From Octopus sinensis (lineage: Eukaryota), in NCBI RefSeq assembly GCF_006345805.1, contig NC_042999.1, positions 168,888,001-168,952,000 on the forward strand: a DNA stretch of 64,000 nucleotides, written 5' to 3'. Shown piece after piece: positions 49,679-61,831 of the stretch (within the stretch, counting starts at the first letter, position 1; each line of letters begins with the position of its first letter). Position numbers and translations under genes: made by a program. The notes below the pieces were generated by a model, which saw only the letters and a list, made by a program, of their open reading frames with translations, did no database searches and was not told where the DNA came from.

Positions 49679-52183
49679 CCATAAATACAACAAGGAATAT
49701 TAGTAGAAGATTCCAATAAAAATAACCTGCTACTAGCAGAAGAGGCATGATTTTGTTATATGGAACAGGTAACAAGGATCAGAGACTACTGTCAAGGTTA
49801 GTTGCACAGCAAATGTGAATGTCTTATTTAAATTGGAGAAAAGGACATTTATGGTGAACTCTAGGCTGCAGTTTTTTGTTTGAACCTATCATCATAGGTA
49901 CACTTAGCTGTGCAACAATAGATATGCATTACAGTCTAGAATCAACAAACAAAATTTGCAGCCTTCAAAAACATTTCCATTAGTGGAACATGAAAATTTG
50001 TAAAACATTCTCCATTTTAGTTTCTTAAAATGAACATATGCTCACAATTGCAGGTGCATATGGTATATATATACATACAAAAACAAATAAAACACTTGTG
50101 TACTAAAGTGGCACACACACCTATTAACCAAGATTATCTGCCACTGACTCATTCACATATTCACAAATCCCAGCAAACTGTCTTGACTTAAACAAAGGAG
50201 CCTTTTCCCTTTGTTAGTGACTGGCTTGATCTCTGCACAAGAAAAACTTAAATCCCAAAGAAAAATTCTTTGTTCATCTGTTCTCCATGCAACCTTACAT
50301 CACATGGAAGTCAAAGCTGCACTTTGAAGGTATTCAAGGAAGTAAAGCAATGAATACAATGAAAGGCATAAAAATAGGTAACAACTGAACTCACATCACA
50401 TATGAAGATTATACACAATAGAAAATTTAGATTGTGATAGACATTGCTTGAACTATTACCCTCATCCATTGTGTGCTTATCTACATTATATTTTAAACCA
50501 ATTTGTTCTTCAGTCAGGTCATATTTTTACAAAAGTTATAAAAGTGTAAGAGTTTAAACCTAGATAGGTACACTCACACTTGCATACTCAAATGTAGTTC
50601 AAACATATACATAAATGTTAATAGTTGATTCGGTATATATTATTGCAGTTGTCTTTGTGACTCTGGTATGGAAACACAGAAGGTTTTGTTTGCTTAAAGT
50701 TACATTGATTTTTCAGTTATGTATAAGAATGGCTCAGAAAATGAAAAAAATTACATATAACAAAATAACAGTTTCTTTGTAAATTATTTTATTATTTCAC
50801 ATAAATATTATCTAATTGGAAAAAAAATTCCAAAAAAATCCAACCCACTTATAAAATAAAATAGTTATCAAATTGGCTGAGAACCACATGGGTCTAGGCT
50901 TCATCTCACTGCATGGATTGTGTTAAGTGTATTAGGCTCAGACTGGCCAAGCTTTGTGAGTGAAATTTGATAGACAGAAATTGTGTGGAAGCCCATCAGT
51001 TGTATATATATGTATGTTGGTGATGGTGGCTGAATAACTGTATCTTGTGACATATATAAGTGAAGATATAGGACAACAGAGTTCCTAACTAAAACAAATG
51101 TTTTGAAGTTAAATATCGGCATTTTTATTTTTAGGAGCCTCATTGCATGTCCAGTGATTAACTTAACGAGAAAAAATCCCCGGTATTGTTCTATATATAA
51201 CTATTTATATTTGACAACTACTCAATTTCCCTGCATAGTGTCAGGAGGGTGTCACACCAAACCTTGTTAATAAGCCGGTGGCTTATGTGTGTGAACAGTC
51301 TGTTGGTGATGCAGAAATTTATGGGATGTCTATACAATTATAACAACAAAAATTGCTTGGATTAGAGACCCATCCATATAAGCCAATTTAGAGAACTCAA
51401 TAGACACCATTAAGATATTTTCTGAAAAATATAATACTATTTTTTAAAATGCAGGGTTTTGTTTGATGAAAATGGTCTTAAGTCAACATATATGGCAGTG
51501 AGACATTGTTGAGCATTATCTCTTGTTTCTCGAAACAAGAACAAACTACAAGTGAATTTTATTTTCTCCAAGGCTGACAAAAGAATAGATTAATGTGAAG
51601 AAGTGATATACTTCTTTTTTCAATATGTGAAACTAATTTTATATGTAATTCAATGCGGAACACTTGCAATAACAATCTGGTATTTACAGAAGACAGAAAA
51701 AATACAATTTTCTGTTTTTATTTACAAGTTTTCTTATAGATTTTTTTCCTGTTAATAGAATAACTACTTTTACTATGGTGTAAATATTAAGTCCATTAAT
51801 AAGAAGGAAAACTATTATCAGACAGGCTTTGTATTACCACAGAGTTAAGAGAAAATACCAGTTAATAGAAACATTTGACAATGTTTGTTTTGTTTTAAAT
51901 TCTTGTACTGCACATAATATATTTTATATAAACAACACAAATTACAACAGTTATGTTTTGATAAATGTTACCAATTAAATACCAAGAAGCAACTAAATTA
52001 ATGAAATTAAATACCTAGAAAAGATTATATCTCATTGAGTTTTTAATGTTTTTGATGAAGGGCATTATTAAAATTCTATGATCTATTCTCTCTGTACTTA
52101 GGATATAATTTTACTGTTTAGTAGAAATAACAGTTAAAATCCTCAACTTCAAAGAATATATAACCCTTTGAACTGAAATCGTT

Positions 52184-52250
52184 CCTAGACCATGGTTTCT
52201 GACTAATTTCAGTAAAAAAATATTTACTGAGGCCAGTCTTCATCAGTAGG
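52184..52250 (-). ncRNA. Type I hammerhead ribozyme candidate
   Basis: CCTA-CTGATGA-AGACT..(TCAGTAAA/TTTACTGA)..AGTCA-GAAA-CCATGG-TC-TAGG; first stem II pair is an A/A mismatch. Confidence 0.7.
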
Positions 52251-53959
52251 TAGCCTTTAGATTTTAAATATACACACAAAGAGATCCACATGTAAACTAG
52301 TTGCCTGTATATTCTAACTTTTCAAACCCACTGCGCAGATGAAGTTTATTTCCGGCAACAGAAAGGATGCTGGTAAAACTTTCGCAAAATAAAATGCAGA
52401 CACAAGTTACTTTACTTATATAATAAGTTTCTTGATAAATAATAATCTTTTATTAGCCTTAAATAGCTCCCTATTTTCGGTTTATGTTCTAGTATTATAA
52501 ATATATTAAGTGATGTGTAGTACATATTAATATAATTCATTTTAGTTATTAGGTTCTGTTTTTAATTATAGTTAGATTATAGATGGTTTTTCATTCTATT
52601 AATAAATATTTTATTACTGAATAATAAATATTTAATGGTTTATTGAATATTGAGTCTGGTAAGTTACAATTTTATTTTTTTATTTATTTATTTTATAATT
52701 TTGTTAAATTTTTGTTAAATTTTATTATAATTTAGTTAAATTATAATTTGTTATATTAATCTATTTGTATGTAATCTCTTTATATTTGTAATAGTTTTAT
52801 TTAGTTGTTTACTTAATCCATTTTATTTTATTTTATTTTATATAGAAGTATAGATTAGTAGATTCATTTTTAGATTTAATTTAATATTTACCTCTATTAT
52901 GTATTGCTGTATGATTATATACATTTATATATATATATTTATTTATAATTTATGTGAATGTGTGTGTTTGTATATATGTGTATTTGATGATGTGTGTGTA
53001 TATATATATGTATATGCATTTATTTATTTGTATGGGTGTGGGTGTGTATTTATTGGTGTATATATTGAGTATTGTATGTATGTATATGTATGTATGAGTG
53101 TGCATATGTGTATGGGTGTAAGTGTGTGTATATATGTGTGTATATATGTATATGAATGTATGTGAGTATGTATGTGTATATGTGTATGTATATGTATGTG
53201 TATGTATATGTGTATGTGTGTATATATGTATTTGTACATGTATATGTGTATGTGTATAAGTGTATATATGTATATGTACATGTATATGTATGGATATTTT
53301 CTTATATATTTATGTATACGTATGTATGGTTATACTATAAATTTTGGTTAGTATAGATAGATTTGCTATGATCACTAATCTCAGATTATGATAAGGTATG
53401 GGAAATAATTTATAATATGTAGTGGGATTACTATATTAATTTATTTATGTATTAATTACTCTTATAAGATTTTTAGAATTTATTTAATAATAAGTGGCTT
53501 TTAATCATTTAATTTATTTTGTATTAAGTTTCATTTATCATAGTTATTTTATTAATAAATATTATAGTATAGAGAGATTTTATTCTCTATTTGTGAATTT
53601 ATTCTTTTTACAATGATAAACATATAATTTTCCATTCATAATATTTAAATAACGTTGGTTCCTCACGCGCAAAGAATTTATCAAAAATTTATTCTATTTT
53701 TTGCTAATAACGTAATTCTATGAGTTTTCTCTTAAACGCTGACGTTTGTGATTTAAAATTAGTTCATAGTTTAAACTCGCCAAGAATGTATGTATCTTTT
53801 AAGATCTTCTAATTGTTAATTTTTAATATTGTATAAGCCTTAAGGAGTAATAATATTCTCCTTATGTAAATATTGTTGTTTATGTAATGATCTATTTATC
53901 GTATTTTTCTATGTTATTAAATATTAAATAATTTAGATAAATCTTGATAAATTAGATAG

Positions 53960-54856
53960 GTTTCGACTTGGGATGGTTTGGGCCATGTCTGATTTGATAG
54001 CATGGTTTATATTGGATAATTGTTCCCATTCATAATTTTGTTTTGGTATATGGTATTTGTTTGGTGCTATATTGCTGGGAATGGAATGTTTCTGTGAGTG
54101 AGTGGCTGTGTATCTGCGGCTGCTGGATGTTATTTCTCCTCTGTGTTGGTGTCTTGCTGTGTGTGTGCGTTCGTGGCTGAGTGATTGTGTGTGTGTGTGT
54201 GTGCGAGTATGCATAAGTAATGTGTAGAAGTATAGGGCTGCATTATAAAATATATCCGTGTCTATATGTATATGTGTATGTGTGGATATATATGTGTGTG
54301 TGTGTGTTTGTTTACGTATTTATATATGTTTATATACATATATATATGAGTGTGAGCATGTATATATTTTTTGTATTTTGAAATTAGCTATTTCATCTTT
54401 AAATGTTTCGACTGGAGATGATTTGGGCCATGTTTAGTTTAATGGCGTAATTTGTATTGGATTGTAGTTCCCATTCATAGTTTTGTTTATAGTACTTGTG
54501 GTATTTATTTGGTGCTATATTACTAAGAATGGAGTGTTTATGTGGGTGTGTGGTTGAGTGTCTGCGGCTGCTGTATGTTGTTTCTCCTCTGTGTTGGTGT
54601 CTTGCTGAGAGTGTGCGTTTATGAATGAGTGATTGTGTGTGTGTGTGTGTGCGGGTGTGCATGGGTGGAGTGTGGAAGTGTGGGACTGCATTGTGGGATA
54701 TGTCCGTGTCTCTGTGTGTGTGTATGTATGGATGTATGTGTGTATGTGTGTGTTTGTGTGCGTGTTTATGTGTGTTTATATGCATACATATGTATATTAG
54801 CGTGAGCATGTATATATATTTTTTGTATTTTGAAATTAGCTATTTCATCTTTAAAT
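53960..54856. repeat. Diverged ~445-bp tandem duplication (53960-54404 and 54405-54856)
   Basis: GTTTCGACT...TTTCTCCTCTGTGTTGGTGTCTTGCTG...TGAAATTAGCTATTTCATCTTTAAAT occurs twice. Confidence 0.85.
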
Positions 54857-55174
54857 ATGAGAAATTAAATATATTAGGTTTCATTATATACTATAGTTTA
54901 TAGAGATTTTAGATTTTGATTATAATATTTATATATTTTTTCATTGATAATTTATATATATTAGTCATTTCAAATATCTATATAAGTAGATATAGACTAA
55001 AATGGATATTAGAATATGGATTTTCTACCTTATAAATTAAAGTTAATATTTAACATTATAGTCGATTTCAATATAATCATATTTAATAATAGAGTTTATT
55101 ATAAGTAAATTATTTTTTTAGATTATATAGATTATTTATATCTTAAAAAGATTGATTATATTTTAGATTTGAAA

Positions 55175-55238
55175 CCACCTGAAGAATGTCTACTACTCAA
55201 AGATGTGATGAAAAGAAGACATGAAACGATCGTAGTGG
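55175..55238 (+). ncRNA. Type I hammerhead ribozyme candidate
   Basis: CCAC-CTGAAGA-ATGTCT..AGACAT-GAAA-CGATCG-TA-GTGG. Confidence 0.8.
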
Positions 55239-55446
55239 ATATTAATAATTGTTAAATTTCTAAATTATATAAATTAATTTATGTATTGGATTAAGTCTTT
55301 CTTTGTTTGATTTGCATAATAGTGGTTTTGTCTCTAATTTATATAATATAATATTTTACTATAAATTGGATTCAATCCTAAATCTGATTTTTCCCTGTAA
55401 ATTTGGATTTATTCCCTAATATTTATTATATATATATATGTGTATG

Positions 55447-55522
<76 letters not shown>

Positions 55523-56667
55523 AATGCAATAGAATGAGAAGGAAAAAAAAACACAAAAAGTCTACTAATGTGAGCTTTAAAGGGCCTTTTAAAAAAAAAA
55601 TATATTTTAATAATTACTCCATATATTTTGCTTTGGTTTGGCTATTTCTAACTTAGAAGTAGTAAATAAAAAAATTGAGCTGATAATTCAAAGAGTTTAT
55701 ATAACCACATTTTTAGCTGAAAATATTTACCAAAAGAAAAAAAAAGAAAAGAAAACCCTTTCAAGAGATTGACATTGTAAAACTCTCCCATTTTCATTTT
55801 TTAAAGGCAAAAAAAAAATTTAGTTTTGAAATTTTACACCTTATTCCCAGCATTCAGTGGTGTATGTTCTAATAATGATTAGCACACATATTCATATTTC
55901 TGTGTAAATTGTTTGAACTGGTCTGAAATTTGTAAATATATCTTCCACTATTTTGTATATAGTTACCAATTAAAGATTATTTTTAATTGTACTAATTGTC
56001 ATGATGTCAATAGTTTCTCAACTTTATTCCAGGTGAAGTTAGGTTAGAACGAAGAGATCTTCCTTTTACTTCAGTCTCCTCTTTGGTTTTACCAATTTTT
56101 AAGATAGTTAATAATCAAAAATAGTTCTTAATGAAAGAAGAGTGTTCAAATCCTTTGGTGATGACTCAACAACCCATGCAACATTACAGGATATTATTTT
56201 TATTTAATTTTATTTTGAATTTGTTTCATTTTCATGATTAAATTTGAATCTGGTTCTAATCATGAATCTGGATAAAGAAAGTGAAAATAAGAAACGCCAA
56301 TGAATTCTTTCCTTATTTCATGTATTTCGTTACCATAGCATTATTTGAAATATTTTATAATCAAATCAGAAAACAAACCAGTCAATTATTAATTAACTTA
56401 ATTTATAGCCCAACATGATGTATGCATCTGAATTTTGCATAAAACATACCAGTGGGACTAATTGCTTAACTAAGTGTGTATAATCCAAACATTCTGTATC
56501 AAATATAAAATGAAAAATGCTTTAATATGCAAAAGCATCATTACTAATTGATTACAACATCTACTGTGGTAAATTAAATCAACTCATTCATAGTTTGAAT
56601 ACTCCTAAATTATAACTTTTTGTATATTATTTTTATATATCATTTCCAATAATTAATAAGAAATGAG

Positions 56668-56937
56668 ATCATCATCATCATCATCATCGTTTAACGTCCG
56701 TTTTCCATGCTAGCATGGGTTGGACGGTTCAACTGGGGTCTGGCAAGCCCGAAGGCTGCACCAGGCCAGTCAGATCTGGCAGTGTTTCTACAGCTGGATG
56801 CCCTTCCTAACGCCAACCACTCCGAGAGTGTAGTGGGTGATTTTATGTGCCACCGACACAGGTGCCAGACGAGGCTGGCAGATGGCCACACTCGGATGGT
56901 GTTTTTTATGTGCCACCGACACAGGTGCCAGACGAGA
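56668..56937 (-). mobile_element. Short RTE 3'-end copy
   Basis: Near-identical to 44085-44290. Confidence 0.9.
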
Positions 56938-57659
56938 TGATTAAAAGAAATGCTATAATTGATAGTATGTCCTTTAGAAGGTTACTTTTTGTAGAGAATT
57001 GATGGAATTAGCAACTTACCTTGACATAGGAGGATAACAAGATGATCTCAAAATGGTTAGAACTTGAAACCAAGAGTGGCAAATTAAAACAATGTAATGT
57101 ATTTATTTAGTCCCAAACTCTATTAATTGGATAATGAATATTTATTAATTTAGATCAAAGCTATTAAAATTAGGTTTTCCCTTTGTCATCAAAACTTCTC
57201 AAATCCAGTTAAATTTAGTTTCATTAATTCTTGACTTTTGGTTGAATGATTGATCCTACCAAATTCCACAAGAAATAACTTTTTTCTCATTCATTATTTA
57301 AGTACGAATAGTATGAATGCAAATAATGTCAGTAGTAATATGAAGAAGCTCAACCAATTCTGTAGGTCATGATTTCTTCTGTGAAAACAGAGTAGCCCAA
57401 TTAGAGAGACTGGATGGGAAATAAGTGCTCGGTATCAGAAGCGATCATTCCTAATAAATTTTCATGTTACAGACATATTAACCTCATATCATTTCTTATC
57501 ATCTGATTTTAACTAAGGTTTGTTATTATTAGTATTAACTAATTAATATAAGTACACCAGACAGCATCAGGAACAATTTATTATAATTATGAATAAATAA
57601 ATAAAAAGACTTTCCACCGAGACATTGAAGGGAAAAAAATATACTAGAGTGGGTTCCTT

Positions 57660-57940
57660 GATAAAAATGAGCATCAAAACTATCTTACCCTCCCAATAGT
57701 CTAGACATTGCTCCTTGGTGATTTTTGGTTGTTTCCCAAACTGAAGGAGAAATGAAGAAGGCTGTGACAAAGGGCTTGGACACCTTCGCTTTCGAGGACT
57801 TCCTTGGGTCTTTATGAAGTGGCTGGAGTAAAACAAGTGTACCGAAGTTAGAGGATCCTACTTTGAAGAAGATTAAAGTTTTGTACTTCTTTGAAATTAA
57901 TAAAGGTCTCTCTTGAAAAAGTTACAAAACTTCAGGAACA
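57660..57940 (+). pseudogene. Mariner transposase C-terminal remnant
   Basis: PPNSLDIA..DFWLFPKLKE...KWLE*NKCTEVRGSYFEED. Confidence 0.75.
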
Positions 57941-58099
57941 CATCTTCTGTCTCTATATTTTTAGTTAACACATTATGTACAAACAGATGTTAACATGCTT
58001 CGTGCTTTGAAGAATGAAATAAGTGCAACAGTTGGGCTACTTCTAATCCATTACAGACTAAGTAGATTCTTTAAATGTCCACAAACATACTGCATATCA

Positions 58100-60630
58100 A
58101 ACCCCCATTAGCATGGGCTTAAGCAAATACAATAAATTAATTTATGGGCGTAAATTAGACTTTAATATTAATCCTACTATTAGACTAATTTGTCCAACTA
58201 AATTGGACATCGGAAGGATAAGTAAAAATATTTTAGATAGAATTATACCTGTATTAAAGAAAAAACTAAATTATGGTTCAGTACAGGTGAAGTAATATCC
58301 TGGTTCCATTTATTACCTAATAAGACAAAATTATCATTTTTGCAATTTGACATCAATAATTATTATACATCAATATCACCAATTATATTAAATAAAGTTA
58401 TTATTTTAGCCAAAAATCATACTGACATTACAAAATCTGAAATTGATATTATTCTTCTAGCTAGGAAAACACTAATTAAGTTTAATGACAAATTATGGTG
58501 CCGATCCGGGAATAATAGTTTATTTAATTTATTTGATATCACAATGGGATCGTTTGATTTGGCACAAATTACTGATTGTATTTATTATATGAGACTAAAT
58601 ACTACTTCCCATCTTTGATGGGAGGATTATATAGAGATGACACACTCCTTGTCTATAAAGGTAGATCTAAAAGAAAAATAGGAAAGATGAAAGAGGAATT
58701 GTATAAATTTTATAAAAATTTCGGTTTATCACATTTGAAGAAAGTTATTCTAAAGCAAATTTTTTAGACGTAACCTTAGACCTTAATAATGCAACCTACT
58801 CTCCATTTCACACACCGAATGAATACCTTAAACACATAAATATTAATTCTAATCATCATAAATCATTACTTAAAAGCATTGTAAATAGTATATCTAGTAG
58901 AATATCAGACCTATCTTATAATGAAGAAATTTTTAATAATCATGCCAATTATATTAATCAAGCTTTAGCCGCTAGCGGATTCAAACAAAATATTAAATAC
59001 ATAACGGATACTAAACTAAAAACTTATACAGCACAAATGGAATTAAACAAAAATACATGCGATACTAAAACAATAAATAAAGATAACCTTAAACATAACA
59101 ATAATAAGAAATTAATAATAAATAATGAAGAAACTTCTATACAATACAATAAAAAAACTAGAAAAAATAATGATAGGCAAAGAACTAAATATAATAATAA
59201 TGATAAATACTCAATGAAAAATATACAAATCTTAAAACCAATATATAATTGTAATAAACTACCTAATAGGTGTTGAGAGAGAGACATTATTTGGTATACA
59301 CCTCCATTTACATTAATTGTTAAAGGACTAGCAAAAAAGTTTTTAAATATAGTTAAAAAATGTTTTCCTAGGGATCATAAATATCATCATACATTTAATA
59401 GATCATCGATTAAAATATCCTTCTCTACAACACCAAACATAGGATCTATTATAGCCTGTTCTAACAAAAGAAAAATTGACAAATATAAAAATAGCCATAA
59501 TAATGATGATAATAACAATAACAACAGTAATAATAGTGACGGGGATGGTAATGGTGATAAGAATAATAATAGCAATAATAATGATAAGATAAGAACCAAT
59601 AATCGGAGTATATGTAATACTCATAATACGGGAATACATAATAATAATATTAATATAAAAAAAAACGAAGCAAAATTCTAAATACAATACAAGTGAAACT
59701 ATACAAAATGCCTTAGATAATACACCACAAGATAATAATAATAAAAATAATAATTTAAAAAGCAATAAATATATCTAATTCTACAACAAATAATAATACA
59801 ATAAATTCAACAATAATACCACACACTGAAAATAACCGTAACAATAATAGATACGACATCATCACTTGATCACGTGACCGACCAGACCATCAGATGTTGT
59901 TACACATCGTTGGTCACAATGCGTTCGCATTGTTTTAGCCTTCGAATGACGCCACTCCGCTGGCTAAGCGAGCAGGCCAACAAGAGAAAAAGGGGGAGAA
60001 AGAGTGGTGAAAGAGTACAGCAGGGATCACCACTCCCTGCCGGAGCCTCGTGGTGCTTTTAGGTGTTTTCACTCAATAAACACTCACAACGCCCGGTCTG
60101 GGAGTCGAAACTGCGATCCTGCGACCGCGAGTCCACTGCCCTAACCAATAGGCCATTGCGCCTCCACAGATACGACATAGCTGAACATAAATACATTAAT
60201 AAAAATAAGAATTGTTCCTGTAAAAATTTAAAAAATGTCCTTTAAAAGGCAATTGCAGAAGATTTAATGTAATATACAAATGTAGAGTTACAATAATTAA
60301 TAATTCACAAAGTAAGGTATACATTTCTAGTTCCGTTAATTTTAAGCAAAGATTTTTTGCGCATATACATTCATTTAAGCTAAATACAGCCACCAATACA
60401 ACTTCTTTAGCTACATATATACATAAACTAAAGAAAAACAAAATTAACTATAAATTAGAATGGTCAATAATAGATTCAGCCACACCATACACGCATAAAT
60501 CTAATAGTTGCCGTCTCTGTATGAAAGAATCACTGTATATATCTTTATATAAACATAAGAATTTAATAAATAGTCCACCTGAAGCACTTTCAACATGTAA
60601 GCATAGATTTTATAAAACCTTTAAATATTA
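58100..60630 (+). mobile_element. Degraded Penelope-like element (RT, Asn-rich region, GIY-YIG end)
   Basis: RLICPTKLDIGRISK, QFDINNYYTSI, MGSFD, YRDD; end TPYTHKSNSCRLCMKE...CKHR. Confidence 0.88.
59860..60167 (-). mobile_element. tRNA-derived SINE with Arg-like head, inserted in the PLE
   Basis: Head GGAGGCGCAATGGCCTATTGGTTAGGGCAGTGGACTCGCGG; 11-bp TSD AGATACGACAT (59849-59859 and 60168-60178). Confidence 0.9.
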
Positions 60631-61105
60631 TAGGAGATCTAATAAAGATTTGGATTAGTAAATATATATAGATATTCTTTTTCTTTTTTTTTTTGATATT
60701 AAAATATAGGGTGATACTTACAAATAGATAGATTAATAAATTGAATAGAATTATTTGACTATAAGATATAAATTATAAGATAAATCTTATAAATTATAAG
60801 ATATAAATTATGAATTAGACATTAAATAAAGATTGAATAGACATTCCTAGAATTAGAACCCGTGTCCATCTTATCTATAACAAATGGACAGTTATAATTG
60901 AATTAAATTTAAAAGTCTAAAATTTTAATTAGTATCTTCCAATTATAAAAATAAAAATATAAAAGAAACACTGTGACCAGTTTATAATTTTACAAATTCA
61001 TAGTGAGTTGAAGTGAGTTATTGAAGCTGAGTTATATTTGTGAGTAGAATGGTAAAATTATTGTTGATTATTGCTGTTCATTGATATCGTTGTTAAATTT
61101 TCCCA

Positions 61106-61830
61106 TTGAGGAAAATGGAAAAGGCGCCAGCAGGCGGCCACAGCTATGCAGCCGCAACTGGAAGAGGAGCAGAGGAAAGAACACTAGAGACTTTTGAAAT
61201 AAAAGTCGAAGCCAAGAAAATGAAAGCTTGCGAGAAGCTGATAAAGAAGGAGAGTGAAACGATAAAGCTAACGCCACCCAAAGAGCTGACGAACAGCGTA
61301 ATAAAGAAAACGGTGACCTACAAGACCGTGAAGGTCACTACAAGGAAAATAGAAATAGCAGCAGGAGAGGAAATTGAAAAAGTGCTGGAAGGCATTAAAA
61401 AGTTTATAACCTTCAGAACGAGAGGCAGAAGGTGTGCCACTGTGGATGTGCGATTTATATCGGAGGAGGAAGCAATAAGACATGCGACGGAGGCAATTTT
61501 GTTCGGAAGAATGTATTCTTTTGCCATCGTATTGCGGAAAACGTGTGGCAAGAGTTCGGGTGTGCCAAGTGCCCCCTGAGCTGGAGGAGGCATGGCTAAT
61601 GACAGCCATTATGTATAACATGAAGGACGGGGCCAGAATACTGAAGGCCACCAGAACAAATAAGCTGGACTACTGGGGCTATGGATCGGAATTAATGATC
61701 CAGCCAACAGTAGAAGATCTCAATAGAATAACCGAGGCGATAGTGTTGCCTGACGGTTTCTCACTAAGAATGAAGGTGGAGGGCAGACCGCCGGTGTGTA
61801 TTGAATGTGGTGAAAAGGGACACATGAACA
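61106..61830 (+). pseudogene. LINE ORF1/gag-like fragment with truncated zinc knuckle
   Basis: Two overlapping frames (61106-61579 and 61482-61859) ending PPVCIECGEKGH. Confidence 0.55.
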
Positions 61831-61831
61831 T

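Noticed and set aside
52430-55430. Possible mitochondrial insertion (very AT-rich, strand-skewed)
   Set aside because: No mitochondrial protein, tRNA or rRNA motif recognised; it contains nuclear-type microsatellites and a hammerhead.
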